Shown: positions 9,956 to 19,866 of the stretch, piece by piece
Position numbering within the stretch: position 1 is the stretch's first letter
Layout of the letters: every line of letters starts with the position of its first letter
Origin: Gammaproteobacteria bacterium
GTDB lineage: Bacteria; Pseudomonadota; Gammaproteobacteria; GCA-002705445; GCA-002716945
Assembly (NCBI GenBank): GCA_038142325.1
Contig: JAYQJW010000002.1
Span: 320,001 to 384,000 of the forward strand
Reading direction: 5' to 3'
Length of the DNA stretch: 64,000 nucleotides
Notes under the pieces: model-generated
Database searches by the model: none
What the model was told of the DNA's origin: nothing
What the model saw: the letters and a program-made list of their open reading frames with translations, nothing else
Made by a program: the position numbers and the translations under genes

Positions 9956-10709
9956 TATCAAATAGTACGTCTTTACCCATGAGATGATGGACAGATTTAT
10001 AAGATGGCATTTCGTTTATACCTAAGACATCATTTTTAATAAAAGAAGGTCTTCCTCCTCCAAGGATTATTGGACACAAACAAACATGAATTCTATCTAG
10101 AATCTTTTTATCTAGAAAATATGAAATTGTTTTCCCTCCTCCTTCTATATATACAATTTTATTATTAGTATCTATATTTTTTTTAAAAGATGAAAAATCT
10201 GAAAATATTTGACCATCTTCAGCGATTTTATTTTTATTTATAATCTTTTTTGGATCAAAAATATAAATTTTCGGGTTTTTACCATCTACTAACCTTGTTG
10301 TTAGTCTTGGTTTATCTTCTAGGTATGTGTTTGCTCCAACTATGATTATATCTGATATTGCTCTGAGTCTGTGTATATGCTCTAGATTCTCTCTACCACT
10401 TATATATTTTGATTCACCAGAATTTGTTGCAATATAACCATCAAGAGATTGTGCAATATGACCTATGTATTGTATCTTATCTTTACAACAAACTATTGGT
10501 AGAAATATCTCAAAAAGAGATGTTAATTCATCATCAAGTGCTAAATTAGAGCTCTTTATGATATTTTTTTTAATATCATAGATCAGACTTATATCCTTAC
10601 CTGATATATTTTCTTTGATTTTAATTTCTTTGCTCTTGCCAAAGTCACAACTATTGATTTTTAAAATCAGTGACCAAGCATTTTTTTTTGATATACTAAA
10701 TTTACGCAT
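9945..10709 (-). CDS. RibD C-terminal (reductase) domain protein, no deaminase domain
   Basis: AQSLDGYIAT.SGESKYIS, HRLRA.SD.IIVGANT, PRLTTR, IEGGGKT. Confidence 0.85.
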   Translation of the reverse strand: MRKFSISKKNAWSLILKINSCDFGKSKEIKIKENISGKDISLIYDIKKNIIKSSNLALDDELTSLFEIFLPIVCCKDKIQYIGHIAQSLDGYIATNSGESKYISGRENLEHIHRLRAISDIIIVGANTYLEDKPRLTTRLVDGKNPKIYIFDPKKIINKNKIAEDGQIFSDFSSFKKNIDTNNKIVYIEGGGKTISYFLDKKILDRIHVCLCPIILGGGRPSFIKNDVLGINEMPSYKSVHHLMGKDVLFDIKI

Positions 10710-10717
10710 AAAAAACA

Positions 10718-10945
10718 ATGGGTTTTTTGAAAAACATAGTTAAAAATATACTTCACGGTTCATTAATATCTGTACCGCTTTTAATTTTTATACATTTCAC
10801 ACATGGATATTTTTCGCAATATAGCCCAATACCCTCAATAATATATTTTTTTTCCTCAATGTCACTGGGTATTCTCTATTTAGCAATTACACTATACTTG
10901 ATGGGTTTGCTAGCTAATTTTTTCGTCAAAAATTTAGATTTATAA
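10718..10945 (+). CDS. Small hypothetical membrane protein
   Basis: 75-aa ORF with two hydrophobic segments filling the gap between ribD-like and hisI. Confidence 0.55.
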   Translation: MGFLKNIVKNILHGSLISVPLLIFIHFTHGYFSQYSPIPSIIYFFSSMSLGILYLAITLYLMGLLANFFVKNLDL

Positions 10946-11395
10946 AATAGTTGGATTAGGCGCATCTCCATACACCTCTTCAGGGTCAAATATTTTTTCT
11001 TCTTCAATAAACTTCAATTCAAGTTGTTTTGAATTAGTATCAATTTCTCTGTAAAAACATGATTTGTATCCCACATGACAACTTGCTTCACCTCTAACGA
11101 TTACATTTAGCCACACGCAATCTTGATCATCATCAATAAATATATTTTTAACATCTTGTATCAGACCACTAGTAGCGCCTTTATGCCACAAGCATTTTCT
11201 GCTTCTACTGTAATAATGAGCTTGCTTAGTAGATATGGTTTTCTCCAACGCTTCTTGATTCATATAAGCATGCATAAGGACAATGCCTGTTTTAGCATCT
11301 GTAGTTACAACTGGTATGAAGCCTTTGTCATCAAACTTTGGCGCGAGATCATTACCTTCTTCTACCTGTTTAATAGTTTGTCTTTCTTTGAACAT
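10940..11395 (-). CDS. hisI: Phosphoribosyl-AMP cyclohydrolase
   Basis: YYSRSRKCLWHKGATSG, DDDQD, SCHVGYKSCFYR. Confidence 0.93.
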   Translation of the reverse strand: MFKERQTIKQVEEGNDLAPKFDDKGFIPVVTTDAKTGIVLMHAYMNQEALEKTISTKQAHYYSRSRKCLWHKGATSGLIQDVKNIFIDDDQDCVWLNVIVRGEASCHVGYKSCFYREIDTNSKQLELKFIEEEKIFDPEEVYGDAPNPTIL

Positions 11396-11609
11396 TTATC
11401 TTATTATTTTTAAAATCTTTTCTTGTCTTTTTTAGATATTTTTCATGCACATCTTTTGTTACGAATAGTCTACCACAGTAATAGCATTCTGCACGACCTT
11501 CATCAACTGTAAGATATATCAGTGGGTGTTTTCCAGATTTTTCATCACCACTACAGGAGACTTTCGTTTCCTTGTTTTCAATTACTTTGACGTTTTGACG
11601 TTTGATCAT
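11370..11609 (-). CDS. zf-CHCC zinc-finger protein
   Basis: VSCSG...HPLIYL...CYYCG. Confidence 0.8.
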   Translation of the reverse strand: MIKRQNVKVIENKETKVSCSGDEKSGKHPLIYLTVDEGRAECYYCGRLFVTKDVHEKYLKKTRKDFKNNKINVQRKTNY

Positions 11610-11612
11610 AAT

Positions 11613-12272
11613 TCACAATGATGAAAAATCACCTAACTTCATTAATCTTTCTCTAAATTTTTCTTTAATCTCTTCAGTAAGCGAATCAATATCTAAAGCC
11701 TTTTTCATTAATTCTATGTTCTTTATGTCAACGAAAAGGATAGAAGCTATTTCTTTTATACTCATCGAATTATTCTCTTCATGAATTTTTTCAATAGTAT
11801 CACCTTTTTCAATGCTTCCTTCTTCAATCACCCTCAGATAACTTCCAAGTAAACCAGATTGAGAAAACATTCTAGGAAAATCTCGGCTATTCATTTTAAT
11901 TCCAATTTTGTAACAAGGGATTCTTGGTTGACTAACTTGTAGCACACAATCATTTATTTTGAATCTATCTCCAATTCTAATATCATTTTCGTCAAAGTTA
12001 TCTATCGTTAAATTTTCTCCTACTAATCCATATTCATTAAATTCTTTTTTTAAATGCTCGCCCCATAATTTATAGTGGGTATAGGAATATGCATACACAG
12101 CTTTATCATACCCTCCATGCACGCTGAGATCGGCTTGTCTGTCTCCTTCAATACCATGCGACGTAACTTGAACCTTATTTGAGACAGGTTTTTTATAAAT
12201 ACTTGTGATAAGCTCTTTACCATTAAAAGTAACCTTTTGTGGCTCAGATACATTTATAGACAAAATTTTCAT
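11613..12272 (-). CDS. MOSC domain protein (YiiM-like)
   Basis: GDRQADLSVHGGYDKAVY, GENLT, QVSQPRIPCYK. Confidence 0.9.
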   Translation of the reverse strand: MKILSINVSEPQKVTFNGKELITSIYKKPVSNKVQVTSHGIEGDRQADLSVHGGYDKAVYAYSYTHYKLWGEHLKKEFNEYGLVGENLTIDNFDENDIRIGDRFKINDCVLQVSQPRIPCYKIGIKMNSRDFPRMFSQSGLLGSYLRVIEEGSIEKGDTIEKIHEENNSMSIKEIASILFVDIKNIELMKKALDIDSLTEEIKEKFRERLMKLGDFSSL

Positions 12273-12292
12273 ATCAATGATTCGATATTAAC

Positions 12293-13174
12293 ATGAATTT
12301 TCTCAAAACTAACTGGTTCCTTCTAATTTTGCTATCAGCAATTTGGGGAGGGGCTTTTACATTAAATAAAATTGCTCTAAATACATTTACACCCGAAGTA
12401 ATAGTTGCAGGAAGACTAATTTCTGGATCAATATTTCTGGTAGCTTTGGTATATTTTTTATATAAAAAATTCACAATTAATATATCGCAGCTGAACTATT
12501 ATTTATTTATGAGCTTGGTTGGGATTGTTATTCCTTTCATTGCAATAATCACTGGGCAAAAAAATATTGATAGTGCAATGGCAGGTATTTTAATGGCAAC
12601 TATGCCAATCTCAACAATCCTTCTCTCTCACATTTTTCTGGAAGACGAAAAAATGAATCAACAGAAATTTATTGGTTTTGTTATCTCATTCTTGGGGGTT
12701 TTTGTTCTGATTTATCGTAAAGATTTATTTGTTGATAATTCAATAAGCGAGACATTTGAATCTCAACTTTTAGTAATATTAGGAGCAACACTTTATGCCT
12801 TTGCAGCTATCTATGGGAAAAAATACAAAATTACTGATCCACTGAGCGCATCAACAGGAACAATTCTTTTTGCTACCTTTTTTATGACCATTTATTTAAT
12901 TTTCATTGATCAATCAAATCCAAGTTATAGCGTCCTTTTCCTTGATATTAATATTCTCCTCTTAGGAATACTATGTACTGCAATTGCTACAATAATTTAT
13001 TTTCAAATTTTACAAACAGAGGGCGCTTCATTTTTATCTATTATGAATTTTTTAATACCGCTTTGGGCTATTTTATTTGGAATAATAATCTTGGAAGACC
13101 AGTTCAGTTGGAACTATATCATCGGTTTAATAGTAATATTATTTGGGATAAAGCTAGCAAATTCAGTTCGTTAA
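12293..13174 (+). CDS. DMT/EamA family transporter
   Basis: About 10 TMs, IWGGAF, two EamA repeats. Confidence 0.88.
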   Translation: MNFLKTNWFLLILLSAIWGGAFTLNKIALNTFTPEVIVAGRLISGSIFLVALVYFLYKKFTINISQLNYYLFMSLVGIVIPFIAIITGQKNIDSAMAGILMATMPISTILLSHIFLEDEKMNQQKFIGFVISFLGVFVLIYRKDLFVDNSISETFESQLLVILGATLYAFAAIYGKKYKITDPLSASTGTILFATFFMTIYLIFIDQSNPSYSVLFLDINILLLGILCTAIATIIYFQILQTEGASFLSIMNFLIPLWAILFGIIILEDQFSWNYIIGLIVILFGIKLANSVR

Positions 13175-13212
13175 AAATTTCATACCATCTATGTTATGTA
13201 GTACTATTAGGT

Positions 13213-13506
13213 ATGGATAAAAAAACAGAAATTGAGGCGGCTACATTTAGACGTATTATAAAGCACTTGCAAGATAATCCTGAGATTCAAAATATTGATT
13301 TGATGAACTTAGCTGATTTTTGTAGAAATTGTATCTCTAAATGGTATGTATCAGAGTCTTCAAAGTATGATACTGAAATATCTTATGATGAAGCAAGAGA
13401 GCTTGTCTATGGTATGAAATACACTGAATATAAAGATAAGTATCAAAAAGAGGCTACAAAAGAACAATTGGAAAAATTCAATGCAAGCCAAAAAAATAAA
13501 GGCTGA
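13213..13506 (+). CDS. DUF1244 family protein
   Basis: EIEAATFRR..HL, QNIDLMNLADFCRNCISKWY, VYGM.Y.EYK.KYQ; ATG at 13213. Confidence 0.85.
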   Translation: MDKKTEIEAATFRRIIKHLQDNPEIQNIDLMNLADFCRNCISKWYVSESSKYDTEISYDEARELVYGMKYTEYKDKYQKEATKEQLEKFNASQKNKG

Positions 13507-14248
13507 ACTTCACGATAAAGACCTTTTAAGATATAACAGAAATATTGTTCTACCTGAAATCGATATTGATGGGCAATTAACTTTATCAAACTCAAAAGTT
13601 GCAGTTGTTGGCTTAGGCGGTTTAGGTTGTCCAGCAGCTACATATTTAGCGTCATCAGGTATTGGTGATATTTGTTTGGTTGATTTTGATTCAGTTTCAT
13701 TATCAAATTTGAATCGTCAAGTATTATTTAATGAAAATAATATCTCTGAAGACAAAGTTATCGCAGCAAAAAGAAATCTTAATTTATTAAACTCAGATAC
13801 TAACATTCAAACTATTCCAAAAAAAGTTGATAAGAACTTTGATTATAATTTATTAGATAACTATGACGTTATTATTGATTGTACTGATAACTTTCAAAGT
13901 AGAAGTTATGTAAATGAAATATCATTACATAATAAGATTCCTCTAATTAGTGGTGCTGCAATAAAATTCGAAGGTCAAGTTGCAATTTTTAGAAATGATT
14001 TAACTGACTCGCCATGTTACAGATGTTTATACCCGAATCTACCTCAAGAAGCAGAATCATGCCTGGACTCAGGAATTTTAGGCAGTGTAACTGGGTTAGT
14101 TGGAATGATCCTAGCAACAGAATGCGTAAAATTACTATGCAGTATTGATGATACTCTCAGTAATAAGCTTATGCTTGTAGATTTGAAAAAAAATGAATTT
14201 AGAACTATAAAATTATCTAAAGATGAAAAATGTAAATTCTGTAAATAA
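13481..14248 (+). CDS. moeB: Molybdopterin-synthase adenylyltransferase MoeB (ThiF family)
   Basis: GLGGLG, SNLNRQ, DCTDNF, PCYRC, C-terminal CKFC; next to moaA/D/E. Confidence 0.88.
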   Translation: MQAKKIKAELHDKDLLRYNRNIVLPEIDIDGQLTLSNSKVAVVGLGGLGCPAATYLASSGIGDICLVDFDSVSLSNLNRQVLFNENNISEDKVIAAKRNLNLLNSDTNIQTIPKKVDKNFDYNLLDNYDVIIDCTDNFQSRSYVNEISLHNKIPLISGAAIKFEGQVAIFRNDLTDSPCYRCLYPNLPQEAESCLDSGILGSVTGLVGMILATECVKLLCSIDDTLSNKLMLVDLKKNEFRTIKLSKDEKCKFCK

Positions 14249-15248
14249 TACTCTAAAAGATCAGTTATCAAGACGATTTGAATATTTGAGAATTTCAGTT
14301 ACTGACAGATGTAACTTCCGTTGCAGTTACTGTATGCCATCAGATATTTTTAACAAAGATTATAAGTATATCCCACATGACAGAATTCTCTCTTATGAGG
14401 AGATTATAGACATATGTAAATTGTTAAAGAAAGTTGGCTTAAAAAAAATTCGTATTACAGGAGGCGAACCATTACTCAGAAAGAACATTGATAAATTGAT
14501 TTATAAGCTCAAAACCGAAGTTATGATTGACTATATAAGTATTACTACTAATGGCTCTCTTTTAACAAAAGAAAAAATATATCAATTAAAATTATCAGGT
14601 TTAGATTCAATTACTCTAAGTCTTGATACCTTAAATCAAAGTAAAATTAAAAAAATCAATGGAACGAAGATAAATATTAATCTTGCTCAAACTTTAGGGA
14701 ATATTGAAAAATATTTTGGCAGTGTTAAGACTAATACAGTTGTCATAAAAGATGAAAATGATAATGAGATAAAAGATATTGTAGAATTTATGAAAAAATA
14801 TAAATCTGAAGTTAGGTTCATTGAGTATATGGATGTTGGAGAATCCAATGATTGGAACTTAAATAAAGTTATCCCATCAAACGATTTGATCGAGAGACTA
14901 TCTATGGAATATGATCTTGAAGCACAACTTACAGAAGCATCATCCACTGCTACAAAATTTAGAATATCAAATAGTAAAGTTACGCTTGGTTTTATATCGT
15001 CAATTACAAAACCATTTTGTTCTCAATGTAATAGAGCAAGACTATCCGTTGATGGAATGATTTATACATGTTTATTTGCTAATCAAGGTTTTGATATTAA
15101 GAATATCATTCGATCTGATAATCATGAAGAAGCATTCTTAAACTATTTTAATAAAATATGGTCTCAAAGAAATGATCAGTATTCACAAATCAGATTTAGT
15201 AAAAAAACCAAATTACCTAAGGTTGAGATGTCATATATAGGAGGATGA
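14223..15248 (+). CDS. moaA: GTP 3',8-cyclase MoaA
   Basis: LRISVTDRCNFRCSYCMP, FCSQCNRARL, C-terminal MSYIGG. Confidence 0.96.
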   Translation: MKNVNSVNNTLKDQLSRRFEYLRISVTDRCNFRCSYCMPSDIFNKDYKYIPHDRILSYEEIIDICKLLKKVGLKKIRITGGEPLLRKNIDKLIYKLKTEVMIDYISITTNGSLLTKEKIYQLKLSGLDSITLSLDTLNQSKIKKINGTKININLAQTLGNIEKYFGSVKTNTVVIKDENDNEIKDIVEFMKKYKSEVRFIEYMDVGESNDWNLNKVIPSNDLIERLSMEYDLEAQLTEASSTATKFRISNSKVTLGFISSITKPFCSQCNRARLSVDGMIYTCLFANQGFDIKNIIRSDNHEEAFLNYFNKIWSQRNDQYSQIRFSKKTKLPKVEMSYIGG

Positions 15249-15508
15249 GCTTGAAAATTTTATCTTATTTATTTTATCTTGTTGCAATTCTAGCTGCCTT
15301 TACTGCGAGCTTTGAAATATTAGTTCAGATGTTTCCCGATTATGGCTTATTTCATATGCTGGTTGGATTTATTGGAACAGCTATGTTTTTTCCGTTAGTA
15401 CCCTTATACCCAGCTATATATTATGGAGAGATTATTTATTTAGTTATATGTTACTTGAGTATTTTGTTTGGTGTAATTTTAGGAAATAAAGCCAGAATGA
15501 GTAAATAA
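15245..15508 (+). CDS. Hypothetical membrane protein
   Basis: 87 aa, three hydrophobic segments, ATGA overlap with moaA. Confidence 0.6.
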   Translation: MSLKILSYLFYLVAILAAFTASFEILVQMFPDYGLFHMLVGFIGTAMFFPLVPLYPAIYYGEIIYLVICYLSILFGVILGNKARMSK

Positions 15509-15563
15509 ACTAAGCACATAAATTTGAACTTAAAGCAACATAAATGTATTATTCACAAGTAAA

Positions 15564-15797
15564 ATGATAATTGTAGTAAAATACTTTGCAAGTATCAGTG
15601 ATGCAGTTGGGAAGACATCTGAAAAACTAACGTTTCAGCAAAAAAAAACAGCTGGTGAAGTTTGGTCAGACGTTTCAAAAGATATTAAATACAATGGGAA
15701 AATAATGATTGCTGTTAATCATGAATATGTAAGCGAGAATCACTCACTAAAAGATAATGATGAAATTGCATTCTTCCCTCCAGTTACAGGCGGTTAA
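15564..15797 (+). CDS. moaD: Molybdopterin synthase sulfur carrier MoaD
   Basis: YFA, AVNHEY, EIAFFPPVTGG C-terminus. Confidence 0.95.
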   Translation: MIIVVKYFASISDAVGKTSEKLTFQQKKTAGEVWSDVSKDIKYNGKIMIAVNHEYVSENHSLKDNDEIAFFPPVTGG

Positions 15798-15799
15798 AT

Positions 15800-16261
15800 A
15801 TGTACATTGAAATTATTAACGAAGAGTTTGATCCATGGCAAAAACTTGTTGAATATAAAAGAGCACAATTAAAAGATAAGAATAATATTGGAGCGTGCAG
15901 TGTTTTTCTTGGAACGATGAGAGACATCAATTCTGGAGATGAAATTAAGTCTATGGAACTACAGCATTATCCAGATATGACTGAATTATATCTTGAAAAG
16001 ATTGTTGAAAACGCCACTAAAAAATTCAAAATAATCGATTCGATTGTCTTGCATAGAGTAGGCTTAGTAAGTCCATCGGATCCTATTGTTTTAGTTGCTA
16101 CTTGGTCAGAACATAGACAAGATGCCTTTGATGCTACTAGAGAGATAATGGAGTCACTAAAAAGTGAAGCTCCTTTTTGGAAAAAGGAATCTACAAACAA
16201 AGGCTTCAGATGGGTTGAACCTGAGCAAGAAAATTCTGAGGATATGAATGAAATCCAATAA
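15800..16261 (+). CDS. moaE: Molybdopterin synthase catalytic subunit MoaE
   Basis: [30 protein letters not shown]. Confidence 0.95.
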   Translation: MYIEIINEEFDPWQKLVEYKRAQLKDKNNIGACSVFLGTMRDINSGDEIKSMELQHYPDMTELYLEKIVENATKKFKIIDSIVLHRVGLVSPSDPIVLVATWSEHRQDAFDATREIMESLKSEAPFWKKESTNKGFRWVEPEQENSEDMNEIQ

Positions 16262-17444
16262 AGTTGTTCTTGCTTATTCTGGAGGACTTGACACATCAGT
16301 AATAGCTAAATGGCTCATGGAACACTATGACCTTGAGGTGGTAACCTTTACTGCTGACATAGGGCAAGGTGAAGAAACCAAAGATGCTCGTCTCAAAGCA
16401 AAAAAACTAGGTATTAAAAAAGTATATATTGAAGATTTAAGGGATGACTTTGTGAAAAACTATGTCTATCCAATGTTCAGAGCTAACGCAATTTATGAAG
16501 GTGAATACTTTTTAGGAACCTCAATTGCTAGACCTTTAATTAGTAAAAGATTAGTAGAAATTGCGAAGAAAGAAAAAGCTGATTACATTTGTCACGGTGC
16601 TACAGGTAAAGGCAATGATCAAGTAAGATTTGAATTAGCTGCATATGCACTTAATCCAAAAATCAAAGTAATTGCTCCATGGAGAGAATGGGATTTTGTT
16701 TCAAGATCAGATCTGATGAAATATGCAAAGAAACATCAAATTGCTGTTGATTTTGATAAAGGTAAAAAGAGTCCGTATTCAATGGACGCTAATATACTTC
16801 ATACTTCCTATGAAGGAGGTATACTCGAAGATCCCTGGAGAAAGCCTGAAGAATCCATGTGGCTAAGAACTAAATCATTAGAAAAAAGCAAGTCTAGGCC
16901 ACAAGTAGTTGAGTTGACATTCTACAATGGTGATATTACAGCTATTAACAATAGAAAAATGAAGCCATCAAAAATATTACACGAGTTAAATATGTTGGCC
17001 GGTAATCATGGGATAGGAAGAGATGATATTGTTGAGAATAGATATGTAGGTATTAAATCTAGAGGTTGTTATGAAACACCTGGTGGAACTATTTATTTTA
17101 AAGCTCATAAAGCAATAGAGTCTATAACTCTTGATAGAGAATTACTTCATCTTAAAGAGGATTTAACCAACAGATATTCTAGATTGGTATACAACGGATA
17201 TTGGTTTTCTCCTGAAAGAGAATCTATACAACATTTAATTGATAAATCTCAAAACAAAGTCTCAGGTGTTGTAAGAGTAAAATTATATAAAGGAAATGTA
17301 ATTATAGAGGGAAGAAAATCGCCTCACTCATTATACTCTGAGGACCTATCAACTTTTGAAAATGACTCAGGCGCCTATGACCAGAAAGATGCGGAAGGAT
17401 TCATTAAAATTAATTCTCTAAGATTAAAGACCAGATTAAAGTAA
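16248..17444 (+). CDS. argG: Argininosuccinate synthase
   Basis: [35 protein letters not shown]. Confidence 0.97.
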   Translation: MKSNKVVLAYSGGLDTSVIAKWLMEHYDLEVVTFTADIGQGEETKDARLKAKKLGIKKVYIEDLRDDFVKNYVYPMFRANAIYEGEYFLGTSIARPLISKRLVEIAKKEKADYICHGATGKGNDQVRFELAAYALNPKIKVIAPWREWDFVSRSDLMKYAKKHQIAVDFDKGKKSPYSMDANILHTSYEGGILEDPWRKPEESMWLRTKSLEKSKSRPQVVELTFYNGDITAINNRKMKPSKILHELNMLAGNHGIGRDDIVENRYVGIKSRGCYETPGGTIYFKAHKAIESITLDRELLHLKEDLTNRYSRLVYNGYWFSPERESIQHLIDKSQNKVSGVVRVKLYKGNVIIEGRKSPHSLYSEDLSTFENDSGAYDQKDAEGFIKINSLRLKTRLK

Positions 17445-18143
17445 CTACCTTTTGTACTCGTGAATTTCAGCTTTAAACCTTAATTCATTTAGTCTATATT
17501 GCTCAATTCTAACAGGTAGATAATTTCTTTCTTGCGCATACCATGTGATTGTACTTCTTTTACTTCCCTCTATTTCTTTTCTGATAATTACAGTATCAAT
17601 TTCACCAAGGACACTATCAATTTTTGTTTTACCAATTATGCTAAATGTATAAACCCTTTCTCTACCTTTGTCGCTGACCTTGACCTTTTTCAGCGAATGT
17701 CCAAATATTTGTGCAACCAGTCTATCTATCTTTACTTCTTTGGCATGATTTATACTTTTTTTATCAGCAAAAGTTATAAGCATGTTTTTTATTCTTTGAC
17801 TAGTTATAATTGAGACTTCATTTGACTTAGATCTTTTGTAATTATAATCGACAGTCATTAAATCAAATTCTTTATTAGTATTTTCATTTTGAGAGGATGA
17901 GTTGTACTTAAAACAACTTTTCTCCTCTCTAACATCTTTTTTTAATGAAAAGATACCTATAGTTTTACTTTCAGTATTTATACACCAAATATCCAGTTCA
18001 CTATTGTAAGTCATTTTATGGTTCGACTTTGCAAAGTTCAAACCGCTTTTCTTAAATATATAGGTAGCCTCATATTCCACTGGACTTGATAAAGTCATGG
18101 TAGATGCTGTTAATATTAAAAAAAATGTATTAAGATTTTTCAT
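17445..18143 (-). CDS. DUF3108-like exported protein
   Basis: Signal peptide, beta-rich, WYAQERNYLPVRIEQ; typical position after purN. Confidence 0.65.
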   Translation of the reverse strand: MKNLNTFFLILTASTMTLSSPVEYEATYIFKKSGLNFAKSNHKMTYNSELDIWCINTESKTIGIFSLKKDVREEKSCFKYNSSSQNENTNKEFDLMTVDYNYKRSKSNEVSIITSQRIKNMLITFADKKSINHAKEVKIDRLVAQIFGHSLKKVKVSDKGRERVYTFSIIGKTKIDSVLGEIDTVIIRKEIEGSKRSTITWYAQERNYLPVRIEQYRLNELRFKAEIHEYKR

Positions 18144-18784
18144 TATATACTCAGCTCATCAACAAGATAAGTGATGGGAGAATAAATATTCTTATCATTG
18201 AACCGAATGATATTATTTTTTACAGAAACTAAATCATCAGCTATCCATTTAACAACAATAGGATATATCTTATGTTCAACTTTATGAGTTAAATCTTCAA
18301 GCTCTTTGATAGATAATTTTTTTCTGATTTTAAACTTTCCTTGAAGTATAATTGGACCACCATCAAGTGTAGTATTAACATAGTGTATAGTTACTCCGTG
18401 GTACAAATCATTATTTTTTAACACTTTCTCATAAGTATTTAGTCCAGGATATTTAGGTAATAGAGATGGATGAATATTAATTATCTTATCAACATACTTA
18501 TTTACAATGTCATCTGGAAGTATTTTCATATAACCAGCTAAAATTATCAAATCAGGTTTATATTTTGACAAAAACTTTCTCAAGTTAGAGTTTAATTCTT
18601 CCTGATCATTTATTGTCACTTCAATATCATTATCACTACATATATCTATACCTTTTGCACTAGAATTATTTGTAAAGGCTGCGATATATTTTAATTTTCC
18701 ATTCAATGAACCCTGCTTATTAATAAGATTTTTTATATTTGAACCTTTTCCAGAGAAAAGCAAAACACATTTTTTAGTCAACAT
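18143..18784 (-). CDS. purN: Phosphoribosylglycinamide formyltransferase
   Basis: FSGKGSN, LAGYMKIL, INIHPSLLPKYPG, LDGGPII. Confidence 0.96.
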   Translation of the reverse strand: MLTKKCVLLFSGKGSNIKNLINKQGSLNGKLKYIAAFTNNSSAKGIDICSDNDIEVTINDQEELNSNLRKFLSKYKPDLIILAGYMKILPDDIVNKYVDKIINIHPSLLPKYPGLNTYEKVLKNNDLYHGVTIHYVNTTLDGGPIILQGKFKIRKKLSIKELEDLTHKVEHKIYPIVVKWIADDLVSVKNNIIRFNDKNIYSPITYLVDELSI

Positions 18785-19814
18785 AAATAATTTTTTTATG
18801 AGAGGGAGATTTTATAATATGACCAATTATTTTATATGGGCATCTATTAGTTTTGAATATTTTATGCGCTTTATCGAGACTATCTTTATTTATAACTGCA
18901 ATCATTCCAATTCCACAGTTAAATGTTTTGAGCATTTCCTCATCCGAGATATTAGCTTGCTCTTGAATATAATTAAAAATGCTAGGTATTTTAAGTTTGT
19001 TGAGCTCAATGCATGCCGCATGTCCAGAAGGTATAATTCTAGGAAGATTTTCAGTAATACCTCCACCTGTGATGTGCGCTAAACCATTTATATTTATTTT
19101 TCTCAATAATAGGTCAATAATTTGAACATATAGCTTTGTTGGTTTAATGATTAGGCTCCCTATAGTTCTTCCATTAAAAAGTTTATTAAGCTTCAATCTT
19201 TTTTCATCAATGAGTTTATTAATTAATGAGTAACCATTAGAGTGAAATCCACTCGAAGATATACCTAAAATAATATTCCCACTTCTTATTTTATTTGGTG
19301 TTAAAATTTTTCTTCTAGATACTATACCCACACAAAATCCTGCTAAATCATAATCATTATTATGATACATCCCAGGCATCTCAGCTGTTTCTCCACCTAT
19401 TAAACACATGTTACTTTTTTTGCATGCCCTCTTGATACTATTCAAAACAGTTGAGTGCACTTTATGATTAATCTTACTAGTTGCTAAATAATCAAGAAAA
19501 AACAGTGGTTTTGCACCACTGGTAATCACGTCATTTACACACATGGCTACAAGATCTTGACCAATGTACCTATGATTTTTTAAAATTTTAGCGATTTTTA
19601 GTTTTGTTCCAACGCCATCAGTCCCTGAAACTATTACAGGATCATCTATATTTTTGTCTATTTTGTACAAGCTTGAAAATCCGCCTATCTGGGACAGCAC
19701 GTTCTTATCTTTATTTTGCTTACCTTTCTTAATCGTAGCGATAAGTTTATCTGCTCTATCAATACTTACGCCTGACTTTTGATAATTAATTTTGCTTTTA
19801 AGCTTGCTCTTCAT
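18774..19814 (-). CDS. purM: Phosphoribosylformylglycinamidine cyclo-ligase
   Basis: SGTDGVGTKL, GGETAEMPG, HSNGYSL, AHITGGG; likely ATG at 19814. Confidence 0.97.
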   Translation of the reverse strand: MKSKLKSKINYQKSGVSIDRADKLIATIKKGKQNKDKNVLSQIGGFSSLYKIDKNIDDPVIVSGTDGVGTKLKIAKILKNHRYIGQDLVAMCVNDVITSGAKPLFFLDYLATSKINHKVHSTVLNSIKRACKKSNMCLIGGETAEMPGMYHNNDYDLAGFCVGIVSRRKILTPNKIRSGNIILGISSSGFHSNGYSLINKLIDEKRLKLNKLFNGRTIGSLIIKPTKLYVQIIDLLLRKININGLAHITGGGITENLPRIIPSGHAACIELNKLKIPSIFNYIQEQANISDEEMLKTFNCGIGMIAVINKDSLDKAHKIFKTNRCPYKIIGHIIKSPSHKKIIYVD

Positions 19815-19866
19815 TGTGTTAGGTAGGATATAATTATATCTCAAACAATTTATTATAGATACTTAT

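Noticed and set aside
12973-13212. N-terminal extension of the DUF1244 ORF and other short overlapping ORFs (e.g. 365-568, 4708-4935, 15967-16296, 56015-56287)
   Set aside because: They overlap well-supported genes in other frames or strands and show no recognisable motifs.
13481-16261. Moco riboswitch or other cis-regulatory RNA at the moeB-moaA-moaD-moaE genes
   Set aside because: The genes overlap or have gaps under 60 bp of AT-rich sequence, with no structured element visible.
17741-17756. TGGCATGATTTATAC as a fourth sigma54 promoter
   Set aside because: It lacks the -12 GC and lies inside a coding region with no suitably placed downstream gene.
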